A stretch of DNA of 64,000 nt from Takakia lepidozioides (Eukaryota > Plantae > Bryophyta), in contig CM060732.1 of assembly GCA_030704615.1 (NCBI GenBank), positions 16,864,001-16,928,000 of the forward strand, read 5' to 3'. Position 1 is the stretch's first letter. Every line of letters begins with the position of its first letter. Shown here in pieces: positions 25,301-36,573 of this stretch. Position numbers and translations under genes: made by a program. The notes under the pieces were generated by a model. It had not been told where the DNA came from and did not search any database. It was given only the letters and a program-made list of their open reading frames with translations.

Positions 25301-26949
25301 CTCCATGGCCCACTCCCTTGCTGATAGAAGGTTTATTCGCCCTCCCACGGGTTTGGGCGTTTCCGAAACTCGTAAGACCTCGCCACCATTCCAACATGGC
25401 AGCGTGACTACCCTCTTGCGGCCATCTATGACCGCTCTGGATTTGCTCAAAAAGGTCATCCCCAAAATGAGATCCACTCCATCGATCTCGCAGACGGTGA
25501 AGTTCTCACATCCCTCCCAACTCCCCAATTGAAGAGGAACATCGAACGCCAACCTCGTCGCCAATTGCGGTTCTCCTTTGGCAGAACGCACCTCAATAGA
25601 GGCCCCTACGTCAGTTGTCGGGAGTCCCAGCTTTTGTGCCGTTGTCGGTGTCATGAAGGAGTGCGACGCTCCTGTGTCCACCAACAATGACACGTTAGTT
25701 CCGGATATTATCCCATCCACGAACAATAAGTGACTCCCTTTACGCAATGTGCCAGTTTCCTGATACAACTCACAAGAATATTTGCCTACCTTGCAAGTCC
25801 TGGTGACCACCGCTTCCACCAAGCGACTGATGGTATCTTCCGACAGTTCTGTGGTCGTCCGAGTCATGTTTAATTGTCGGGGCTTCGTGCACTTCTTGGC
25901 CATGTGCCCGGGCTCCCCACAATTGAAACACACTCCATCAAAGGTTGCCTTCTGTCCGCCATAGGCCGCTCCACCCGCTTTTCCTTTCGAAGCACCGGGT
26001 GCCGCCTTGACGTGTGAAGGCCCTCCCTTCGATTTCCACGTGCCATTGTCGCCGCGTGGCCTATCCCACTTCTTTTCCGGTCGGGAGGAGTCACCTTCCC
26101 GTCGGGTCTTCTTGTGGTTCAGCTCCGTACGACCTTGTCTCTCACCCCTAGGGACATCTGAGAAACATTCAGCCCTCTCAATTGCCTCGTTCAAAGTCTT
26201 GGGTGGCTTCTCCTCCAACTTCCGCCTGGCCCATGGGGCCAGTCCCGCCACAAAGTTGAAGACCATTTCTAGTTCTGCCATGTCCGTGACTTCGAGCAAC
26301 AACACATTGAAAGCCTGGACATACCCCCGAATGTCATCTGTTTGCTTCAAATTCCTCATCTTGTCCTGGGCAAGCCCGGACGCGTTGAGGGGCACAAACT
26401 ATCTCTTCATCAATTCCTTGAACCCATTTCAGTTCAAGGTTTCCGGACTTGGACCTCGGTCGTGAAGGCGTTTCTGCCACCATTGTTGAGCATAGCCCCT
26501 CAAATAGGTGGGAGCCACTTCCACCCGATCCTCGTCACTCAACTTGGCCGCCCGGAAGTACTGCTCTAGCTCCAGGAGCCAGGTGTTTAGTGCCTTCCGA
26601 TTTCGGACGCCCTCGAAGGTGCCGGGTTCCTTAGGCTTCACCTTAAACTTTGCCTTAGTGGAAGTGGCATTAGCCGCCTTCAACACGTCTTTCAACGTCC
26701 CGCCAAACTGCGCCAACAACCCTTCCCAAAGGCCGCCGGCATGGGAGGCATCTCTTGGTTTGTCGGAGCTCTCAAGGATTCCTCGGGCTCCGACTCCTCG
26801 GATTCCTCCCACTCTTGAGCGGCCTCGTTTTCGGAAACATGCATCGCTTCCTCAAACGGCCGCCTCGGTGACACGTCGCCCCCATCGGGCTCACCGAGAT
26901 CATCATCTTTTGGGCCGTTCCGCTTTCGCTTCGGCTTGCCCGACCCCAT
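22388..26949 (-). pseudogene. gag-pol of copy C: Gag with CCHC knuckle, protease, RT, RNase H, integrase, chromodomain; disrupted
   Basis: [44 protein letters not shown] and YEVEAIL..YLVKWKGY. Frameshifts in gag (about 26700 and 26430) and stops at 24638 and 24311. Confidence 0.95.
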
Positions 26950-26990
26950 GATGAGGCCAATCCCAAGGACGATCGCGTACTGAACTCTAA

Positions 26991-27002
26991 GCTCTGATAC
27001 CA
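26991..27002 (-). promoter_or_regulatory. Primer binding site complementary to the initiator tRNA-Met 3' end
   Basis: TGGTATCAGAGC on the minus strand, 2 nt downstream of the 5' LTR. Confidence 0.95.
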
Positions 27003-27004
27003 AA

Positions 27005-27729
27005 TGTCGCACACCTCACTTCGGTAAACTCCCCTTCAAGTCATAGTTACTCGCTTTGATGCGCGCGCCTGACTCCCAACCTGGCCGCCGGGCCAACTTG
27101 GAGCTTCGGCTACTCACCGGGACATAACGGTCCCCCTTCGCTCCCCACAAAACCCTCCACCTATTTGGGCCTAGTGGAATTCCCTTTGGTAGATGGCAGT
27201 CCGGAACAGCTCCCCACTCTTTGGTCGCTTTCCGGCACGCTCGCTCACTCACTAGTTTTTGGACACCAACGGGCTTGCACCGTTCTCGGGGTTACTACTC
27301 CCTATATATACTTCTGTAGCTGTCCGCGGGGGTTTCATAACCAGCCATGCCATTTTATGGCGAACCACCACGAAAACCCTCGACTCCCGGTGATGAGTCG
27401 CGGTGAGTCTTGGCCCACTCACCACGGCCCCAATGGACCATGATGAGTCCCAAGACTCCACACGACTCCCACCACGAGGTCTCCGCCCCCATGGTGAGTC
27501 CTATGCCACCCCCACTAAGTCCCGCTAAGCTACCACCACCCCTTGTGGAGCCACCCCCACCGCAACCCGGTGTGCGGGGCTCCACCTAGTGAGCGCCTCC
27601 GCCTCCTTGAGTGCCTTGGGCACTCAAGGGTGCTTCAGCCCCCCATACCTATCGCTGCCGCTGCCCCCACCACAGGGGTAGCCCCTCATGTGTCCCGACC
27701 CCCTGCCCTCAAGGCAAAGGGCCGCGACA
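27005..27729 (-). repeat. 5' LTR of copy C (725 bp)
   Basis: TG...CA ends, adjacent to the PBS and the TSD. Confidence 0.96.
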
Positions 27730-27949
27730 ACCTTGGGTGGGCTCACGCCACATCAGCACCAGCGCCACGTCAGCGTTGTGAGCGTAGGCTCACGCCACAT
27801 CATCATTGTGTGAGCGTACGCTCACACGCTCACACGCCAGGCTCTCGCAGTAGCGTCGTTGGTGGGCGTTGACCCAGCTCGGCAGACATTTACATCAGTC
27901 CGATGTGGAAGATCAAAGGATGGAACGCATAATAAACGTAAGCACATGG

Positions 27950-30300
27950 CCAAGTGTCAAACCCACTTGAACTACCTTCCGACACAGATGCTATGTCATC
28001 CACATAAACCCTAGCTTCACTACCACGGCGTCTCCTCGAACGGTCATCATTGAGAAGGCTATAGGTCTGCTGCAGAGACATAATGTTGGCGATTGCATCT
28101 GCATAGGTGGGCATCACAAAGGAATGGGGAGGACCTAAAAGCGAAGTATAAAGTTGGCGTATCGTCTTACGCGGAGCTTCCCACAATGGACTCCTGCACA
28201 AGAAGACGAAGAAACAGCCGTCACGAACAGGAGAAAATAAGAACCCAAACACGTCCCCAAAGAGTAATAAACACTTTGGAATTGTCCGAACAGAAATCCG
28301 TGTCAACTCCAAATTTGCTGTGAGAAAACAGGCCCCAGCGCATGCAACATTGACAATTAGAGACAAGACGGACTTACTGACATTCGAAATCATTGTCCAC
28401 GTCCTTATCTTCTGGCTCCACCTCTTGCTGGCGCTCCACAACATCTGTTTGTGTGCCCGAAGATGAACCAAACCGTAGAGGGACCAGGACAATGTTGTAC
28501 AAATCCAAGTCCCCCTCCATACCGAATAGACTCATCCCACCAGCCTTGCAGGCATGATAGCTTGAACCATTACATCAGCTACACAATAACTTCAACACAA
28601 TGCAAGAAAGAGTCAAGAAAGGGAAAATTATGTGCAGGATGATGGACCTGTGCCAAGGGAGAGGTCCACCCCCCGAGCTCCGTGTATGCTGCAACACTCA
28701 ATAAGTGTCTGCATGCATGCAGGGCTTCGCTCCCTGACATCCCTCCATGGGTCTCCATTGGATTTTCTCAAGATATCCTTCGGTTCCACATAGTTAAACA
28801 GCATTTTTCGTATACCTGTCCCAAACAAGAACCTCCACATCATTAAAGGACATGGAATTCTTCCACATCATTAAAGGACATGAAATTCTAATGATCGTCG
28901 ACGATCATCAGAAATACAAGTGCATCCCAACTCAGATTGGCTTCAAACTCAACACTACAGGGGTCATTTTCATCCTCGAAGACAATCCACAGCAAAGCCA
29001 ATTTCTGATGATCGTTGAAGATCATAAAAAATGGAGGTCCAGCACAGAATCCATTCCACACATTCTCTCTATGGACTTACGTCGTGGCCGCGATGATCGT
29101 CAACAATCATTAGAAGCCATAGCTTTCTTTTTCCGACCTTTGTAACCTTGTCCAGCAAAACAAGTGGTTTGCAGCAAACATGAAATATGCGGAATTCTGA
29201 TGATTGTTGAAGATCATCAGAAGTGGAGGTTGAGCACAGCATGCGTTCCAGACAAGTACAACCATGAACCTACCTCCTGGACGTGATGATGGTCAACGAT
29301 CATCAAAAGCCATAGCTTTCATTTTCCTCTCTTTGTAACCCTGTCTAGCAAAAAGAGTGGTTTGCAGCAAACATGAAATATGCATAATTCTGATGATCAT
29401 TGTTGCTTACTGAGTACATGTACTCTAAAAAAGCCTCCCTCGTCAGGGTATACCATGTCCCGGCGGCTCTACCGCTCTCGCATTACTCCAAAACATCCTC
29501 TGACAGCACAGTTCGGAACTCTTCCAACTTCATTAACCCGATCCTTTGCATGCGAAACAGTGTGTGCACAAGATTGGTCTTTTGACGTGCGAGGTTTCTG
29601 TTGATATGTTCACAGACAAATAAGAACAATCAGATACCCATGTCATGCACCACGTAATTGCAATGGAAAGGGGAAGTCTTGGGTTTTCAGATGCTCACTT
29701 GTTTATGTCGTGCATGGCGGTTAAGAGACGAGCAATGTCATTTCTTGGGTCCAGAACCATGGCCTCCACCATGCAGTGCTTCTCCTTATTCTTCGAGTGA
29801 ACTTTGTCAATATACCACATCCACGCCAGCAGCCAATGATTACCGTCCCACACATTCTGCCTTTGAATTCTATGGTGTGCCTACTGCCTAGGGCGACCTT
29901 GAACTCCTCATTCACCTCCTTCCAACACTCGTCCCATTTTGCCCTTGTCTGCTCGTCCACTATGGCACGTTGCCATTTGTGTCCTTTACGGACACGTAGA
30001 AGACTTGTGTGCCAAGCCGATATCCGTGCACAAAATCGGCCTCCAGCTTGTCAATATCCTGAGTGATGGGAGGGCGGACGACGGGCATGGAGATCATCTT
30101 GCACAGAGGAATCTGGAGACGACTCTAGGCACCACCATCTCCCTAATGACCTCTTGCGAATTTACCTTCTGGTAGGACATCAGCTCCTTTGCTTTGTCCA
30201 AGTAGTGGGGCTTTGGTTCGTCACTACCTTCTTCATCTTTGTGATCACCTCCTTCCGAACTCTCTGCCGCTTTCTTCCCCCCCTTTTCTCTGCCAAATCC
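27950..30300 (-). pseudogene. ParB/Srx-like plus beta-class DNA methyltransferase gene, family copy 2 (both domains present, middle exons deleted)
   Basis: Exon about 30300-29699: IPLCKMISMPVVRPPITQDIDKLEADFVHGY..FYVS..VWDGNHWLLAWM. Exon 29605-29411: TNLVHTLFRM..TWY. Exon about 28810-28648: PWRDVRERSPACMQTLIECCS..VDLSLGTG. Next exon: SSYHACKAGGMSLFGMEGD. Last exon: MPTYADAIA. Frameshifts corrected manually. Confidence 0.72.
28880..29402. repeat. Array of about 24-28-bp palindromes (TGATGATCGTYRACGATCATCA), including a tandem duplication of about 190 bp; a further copy at about 30418-30442
   Basis: Copies at about 28886, 29003, 29092, 29195, 29284, 29389 (half) and 30418. Confidence 0.85.
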
Positions 30301-32223
30301 AGAACATATATTCAGAATGAAGAGGTGCATTGAACTTTGCAAACGACTTTGCATTCAAAAGCCAGATTTGCATTGGGCTTACCTTTCAACCAAGGGGATT
30401 TAGTCCATGTCAAATAGTGATGATCGGTGACGATCATCAGAAAGGGGGTGTGAGTCGTTTGGGTAAATGTACAGACGGGTGGACCATAAACTGCGTAACA
30501 TGCAGTTTCTGCAGTGGCCTCCCTCCATGGTTTTACCCATATTTGTCCAACAACTCAATATTTCATCTAAATTTATATGTGATAGGGTTTCTAACTACAA
30601 TAGGTATGTGTACCAACTGTTAGATTGCAAAACAATCGTGTACCAGAGAGCTATGGACTTTTAAAGTTGATTACTGTGGACTGCAGATGTTATACATAAA
30701 ATCTTATGGACTAAAAAAACATCATCTACACTCATATAATGGCACAAAGGAAAACATATTAGGGGTGCCATTTCTAAAACCAACCCAAATCCACTTTTAT
30801 ATGGACTAGTTACCTTAGGAATTGAGAGCTATGGACTATTTTTACACCTTAAAAATAAATTGTCCATAGCATATTATGTTTTGGGTTTTTGGGGTGTATC
30901 TTTTAGCAAAAGGCATACAAACCTATAATCTACAATGGCCAGGCGGTATCTAGACAAGTGATTGTAAACTCTAAATTTTGATGTCAGATTAAAATATCTA
31001 GTAAATGATGTTTTCAATATTTGCATCACTTATCCTTGCATTTAGACGACGGGGCTGGATAACCCGGCCCTCTAACCGTCATTACCGCTGGCACTAGAGG
31101 CGGCATCCACAATGCCAGTATCAATGGTATACACGACAATTTCAAAATCCCAATCCTCCCTATCCATAAATGTTTTAAAGCAATTCATTTTACGGCTCTT
31201 CGCTCCCTCACAACTATTATCACCAACAAACGCCAATTGGAATCCGGCTCTTCTAACGCTCCCTAGCCCCCCCACGGTACCCAGGGGTACTACAGACCCA
31301 CCTACTTTCTACCCGTCACAAGGTGTCCCACAGGACACCTCTCTATTATAGGGCCTACCCCCAAAAGGGGGCAGTAGCCGCAAGACGAAGTGACTCTTAG
31401 TTACGCCGGCTTTGGCCGAAGTCTTCTCTCTCTGTGATAAACGACAAATGATGATCGACAGTATGCATTGAACAAAAGTGCATATATTAGCCATCCCATT
31501 GTTCCCATTCATGCACCTGTGGTTCTTCACTTGGTGAACAAGAAAAAGACGTGGGTCAGATTACTGCACTCTATGTGCCCCGCATCCCAAGGTCGACGTC
31601 TGTCCTTGTGGATTCCAATAACTACCCAAAAACCACACTAGAGAACAAAACACCTCTTTAATGCAACTGCGTTGCCCTACATCCCAAGGTCTACCTTGGA
31701 ACTCCAAGAAAGGGTGTTCAATAACCTAATTGGGTAAGACTCCTACTGACTTCTTCCCAGTGGAAAAGTTTCATTGGATTATTGCAACTTAGTTGCCCCG
31801 CACTCCACCTTGTTGTGGAGCTCCAATAACCAATGAGTCAGTGGATAGGAAATACCAACATTTCCTTCCGACAAACCGGGACAAAATCCTAAAGATCTCT
31901 CCCTTAATGGGGGAATTTCATTGGTTAAAGGAAACTCACACGTAGTAATGCTTGCACCGAACACCGTTTACCAGATTGGGGAACTCCACTCCCCTCTGTG
32001 TCTCCAATTGTAATGAGCTGTTGTCAAAGACTGTCTTGACAAGATAGGGCCCCTTCCAGCACGAGTCAAACTTAGCCTTAAACTCCTCGCTCCGACTGTC
32101 GAATAATAGCACCAGGTCTCATGGGTCAAAGATTCTCTTTTTGCGCTTGAGATCAAAGCGAGCTTTCCTTCGTCGTTGCACCGCTTTAATGTGCTGAGCG
32201 GCTGCTTGCCGGAGTTCATCCGA

Positions 32224-32820
32224 TCATTCCAACATCTCAAGTCGTTCCTTTAATGACTCGGATGTTGCCAGCCGTTCGGTGATGGCCAATCGTAAAGATG
32301 GAATTTCTGTCTCGATTGACATGATGGACTCCACCCCATAAACCAATGAAAAGGGGGTGTGTCGAGTAGTTACCTTATGGGTTGTGCAAAATGCCCACAA
32401 GGCCGAAATCAACTTGGTGTCCCAATCCTGCTTGTGCTCCCTAATGGTTTTGGAGAGAATATTGCATAGGGTTTGGTTGGCACGCTCCACCTGCCCACTT
32501 GTTTGTGGATGATAAGGGGTCGCCTTGCGATGTTTGATGAAAAATGTCGCCATCATTTCCTCGATGACGTCGTTGATAAAATGAGACCCCCTTGTCACTT
32601 ACTATTTCCTTGGGGCATCCAAATCGGGAAATGATACATTCATAACTGAAAGAGGCGGTTACCTGTGCGTTGGCCTTCTTAACCGCCTTGGCTTTTGCCC
32701 ACTTGGTCAGGTATTCAGTGGCTACGATGATGTAGCGATTTTGTCGACTCGATGCAGGGTACACTTCCCCCACATAGTTGATCCCCCACTTCTCAAACGA
32801 AGCAAGAGGGAGGGTGGGAA
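32224..32820 (-). mobile_element. Ty3/gypsy (non-chromovirus) integrase core fragment
   Basis: FEKWGINYVG, YIIVATEYLTKW, FGCPKEIVSDKG, TPYHPQTSGQVERAN and TPFSLVYG. Confidence 0.88.
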
Positions 32821-33259
32821 TATAGATGCATATATTGGTACACTTTTCTTTTCTGATCGTTTTTTATTATAAGACAAGCGGTTTCGGCATTGTATTGCCA
32901 AAACATGATAGTTTGTTAGTTATCTGGAAATTGTTGGTAAAACACGTAGGAAATTAGACAACGTCTGCGACGACCATGGAGAGGAACGGCGTCAAGATGA
33001 CCGTATGAAGCTGGTTCGGTTGCCAATTCGGTACCAGAAACGGCAAGGTAATCTTGTTAAGACATTATAGGACGACTGTTCCAGTCCAAATGACGATCTC
33101 TCTTTTCTCCCGCTTCTCTAGTCCAGTAGGAACATACAGCAAGGAGTTTTGGCAATTGGAGGAAGCAACATGTACAACGATGAAATATCGCAACAAAATG
33201 AATGGCTGCATCGGAACGACAGCAGGTCAGGACCAGTGTTGTGCGGGTATATTGATTTC

Positions 33260-33460
33260 ACTATACCTTTAGGGTATAAGTAAATTATTTTTGTCAAATC
33301 ATTTACCCTCCGGGTATGGATAAATTGAAATCTCAAAAAATTATTTACCCTCCGGGTATGGGTAAATTAACTTTTCAGATTTCTATATAACCCCTGGGTA
33401 TGGATATATATGCCAAAATATACCCTGAGGGTATGAATAGTTTCCGGGTATGGATAGTTA
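33260..33460. repeat. Cluster of about six TACCC-N3-GGGTA dyad repeats
   Basis: ATTTACCCTCCGGGTATGG twice (33301, 33343) plus four variants. Confidence 0.75.
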
Positions 33461-33756
33461 TTTCAATTAATATATAATTTAATGTTTTAAAGAATGTCTG
33501 TTTATTTATTTATTTTTTGGTTCTTCAATATGTACAAAACACAAAAAATACAATCTATGGTAAAAGAGAAAATTGATAAGATATTGCATAATATTTTGGT
33601 GTTAACTTCCAATGCAAGATGGAGCACTCCTCGGAGGTTTGAGATTCAAAAAAAGGCGGCCTACGGGCATCTAAGGGTTTAATTTTTTCCCTTCAATAAT
33701 TTTTTATAAAGTTCTCAAGGGCTACCTCCACTTTCCAAAAAGAAAAAGAAACCACA

Positions 33757-34144
33757 AGGTGGTGCCAGTCATCTTTTGTGCCGTGATATTTGTTTATGAC
33801 GTTCATCCAGGCCAGCAACCGGTGGTTACCATTGGGGACAACCAACCCAGACTTGAAACATTTCCCGGAGAACACCTGTGTGGACAGTCTCTTACAAATG
33901 TGGGCAACTCATCGTTTACTTCCCGCCAGATTGGATCCTAGCTTTGGACAATGGACTCATCCACCAACACCTCCTTTCCACTGGCATCGCTCAAGGACAC
34001 GTAAAACACCCCCGAACCCTCTATGTATCCATGACTGAAATTTTGCTCCAACTTTGAGATATCCCTGGTGAGGGCTGGACGAACAACGGGCATTGATATA
34101 AGGCGGCAGAGGGGAATCATGATCTTTCCTCCAGGTACTTGCAT
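33757..34144 (-). pseudogene. ParB/Srx-like domain fragment, ParB-MTase family
   Basis: IPLCRLISMPVVRPALTRDISKLEQNFSHGYIEGSGVFYVS...GNHRLLAWMNVINKYH aligns with 30113-29790. A 13-nt insertion splits the Asp codon of VWDGNHR. Confidence 0.75.
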
Positions 34145-35849
34145 GGACTTGTGTAAGGGGAAAACAGGTGATGAGAAACACACTTGGATTTCGCAAGTAG
34201 AGTATAGAGTGTGCGGGAGATAGAGATAGCAAGGAAAGAGGCGAGACAACTGGAGAGGAGTCTGCCAAACACCCCATAGAGGAGATCCATTCATCAAGTA
34301 AGACGTTGCTTGAGCGCCATGGCAAGATGGATGAAGCCACAACATGAACAACGAACGAGCAGGGTGGATGAACACAGTTTGGCAGCATGCAAACCATTGA
34401 TCTAACATTGACTAACGGACGAGGGGACGTCGTCTTGTGACACTAAGGCGCATGAAACCATGTAATTAAGTTTAAGGCTCGTAAGATCTTATCAAGACGT
34501 GGATCAGGGCCACATGTCCATAACTTAGTGCTTAGTCAGCAGGCACGACCTGGGAAGACTTAGCTGATTAGTAGATGTTGGGGCGGTGATTAGAAAGTAG
34601 GGACTTGGGAAAGAAGCGATTCCACAGACTGCTGCAGGGTACAAGGTAGCAGATGGAGATCATTCGAAAAGAGACGATTCACTTTGAAGTTAAGTTTTAC
34701 TTTCAAGTTTGAGAGAGGCGATGGAGACAGAGCAGAAGAAACATGGATCTCACTAATCACTTTGCTAGACCTACTCAGTCGTGTACAGTGTACAGATCGT
34801 GTTGATACTAATCGGCCATCATAGTGAGCCGTGTGATATAAAGGAGATAGATTGGATTTACGAAGGAGAGCATATACTGTTGACATCAACGATTAAGAAA
34901 GTAACACTGGAAAACATTTGAGCAGCAACAAGTGTAGAGAGAACAATCATTGTGAGAGATTACGCTAGGATACCATGAAGTTGTCACAAAGACAAGAGAA
35001 AATGAACCAAAAGAAGCAAAGACACAAACAAAGCAACGAACACGGATTCACCTTGAACCAGTAAACTGAGAATTGCAGTATAGATTTGCAGTGGTGATTG
35101 TCTCTCACCAATCCATGGACCAAGTAGGAAAACAACATACATGGTAGTGACAAGCCACCATCACTTCCGCATTTAACTGTGCATCAAAAGCCAATTACAC
35201 TCATCAGCCCCTCAATTTGCAAGGGATAAGTGGCAAAGTGACAAGGTAAACAAACAGAGCGTGCACCTGGCCTCGCACTGTAGATAGTCACGGATAGAGA
35301 GAAGGTGCACATAAGAAAGATAAGATGAGGGTAGCTAGGCGGGATCGCAAGTAGAACTAATCTGTGCAGGCCCTGTAAACGCCAGATCGAGATGAAAGGT
35401 GGAGATAGAAAGTTGGGTAGTATGCATTGAGGGATAAATAGCACAAGTAAGCAAAGTAGCTAAGGATCACTGCCATGAAGGATGGACGGAATGTGAGTTA
35501 AGTGACTACCCGTGCACATGACGAACCATGCAAACGAGATAACGGAGTGCGGGTGCTACAGGCAGATGCCCTACGAGGGGGTCAAGATATCTTTTTTGAG
35601 CATTTGCCATACCAAAGACGAGATGGTGACATGATATCAAACAAACGAACGAATAACATAATAGTCCGGTCTAGGTGTCATGATGTTTTCCTGCTGTAGA
35701 ATAATAGGAATTTCTGACTCAGCTACAATTTTAAAACTTTTTAATGCTTTTTTCCATCGATATACTCTGTGATACCTTTGATATTGCTGCGATAAAGCAG
35801 TGTTCCTCGATATCTTGTATGCAACTGATAGTTTATCATTGATTGGATA

Positions 35850-36573
35850 GCAAAGGAGTGGGCCGTGGAGGAGCCACACGAGCCCCAATTTTTGCTTTAC
35901 GTAAGACAAGTGGAAGGAGAAGTCGATAGGGAGTCAAGCCCAGATTGGATCAAGGGGATCTTGGAGAAATACCAGGATGTGATGCCGGAGGATTTACCAA
36001 GTGGCTTGCCACCGCGAAGAGGAATTGACCACAAGATAGAGGTGATACCGAGATCGGAGCCGCCTGCCAAGGCGCCCTACCGGTTGAGCCACAGAGAGTT
36101 GGTCGAGCTGAAGGCACAGCTCAAGGATCTAATGTCAAAGGGGTACATCCGACCGAGTAAGTCACCTTATGGAGCCTCGGTGCTATTCGTAGACAAGAAG
36201 GGTGGGACGTTGCGGATGTGTGTCGATTACAGGGCTCTGAATAAGGTGACTATAAAAAACCAGTACCATTTGCCAAGGATCGACGACCTCTTCGATCGGT
36301 TGGCAGCAACGAAGTATTTCAGCTAGATCGATTTGCGCTCTGGCTACCATCAAATCCGAGTGGCGGAAGGAGATGAGGAGAAGACTGCGTGCAGGACAAG
36401 ATATGGATCATATGAGTTCTTGGTGATGCCTTTTGGGCTCACCAATGCACCCGCGACCTTTAGCACGCTAATGAACAGCCTTTTCCAGGAGTGGTTGGAT
36501 GACTTTATGATCGTGTACATCGCCGACACCTTGGTGTACTCGAAAACAAAGGAAAAGCACCTGGAGCACCTCA
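35850..36573 (+). mobile_element. Isolated RT fragment of the same chromovirus family
   Basis: Near-identical to 2378-3101. Internal stop, and YIDD mutated to YIAD. Confidence 0.92.

Larger units (their letters stand above)
20755..27729 (-). mobile_element. Full-length Ty3/gypsy chromovirus, copy C, with 5-bp TSD ACCTT
   Basis: TSD at 20750-20754 and 27730-27734. The two LTRs differ by 4 substitutions and one 3-bp indel by my count. PBS present; gag-PR-RT-RH-IN-chromodomain order. Confidence 0.97.
19375..27861. mobile_element. Non-autonomous Mutator-like element (about 1.5 kb without its nested retrotransposon), 9-bp TSD GTGGGCGTT
   Basis: GTGGGCGTT at 19366-19374 and 27862-27870. Both ends carry TGAGC/GCTCA subterminal repeats and a shared GGCTCACGCCACATCAGCA. 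A 9-bp TSD is typical of Mutator. The TIRs are imperfect. Confidence 0.75.

Noticed and set aside
22388-26949. Idea that copy C was already defective and mobilised in trans
   Set aside because: LTR divergence (4 substitutions plus 1 indel in 725 bp) scaled to 4.5 kb is enough to explain the handful of stops and frameshifts as post-insertion decay.
17433-32840. Possible 9-bp TSD ATATTGGTA (17433-17441 and 32832-32840) defining a 15-kb element
   Set aside because: No family terminus or subterminal repeats precede 32832, and an AT-rich 9-mer can recur by chance.
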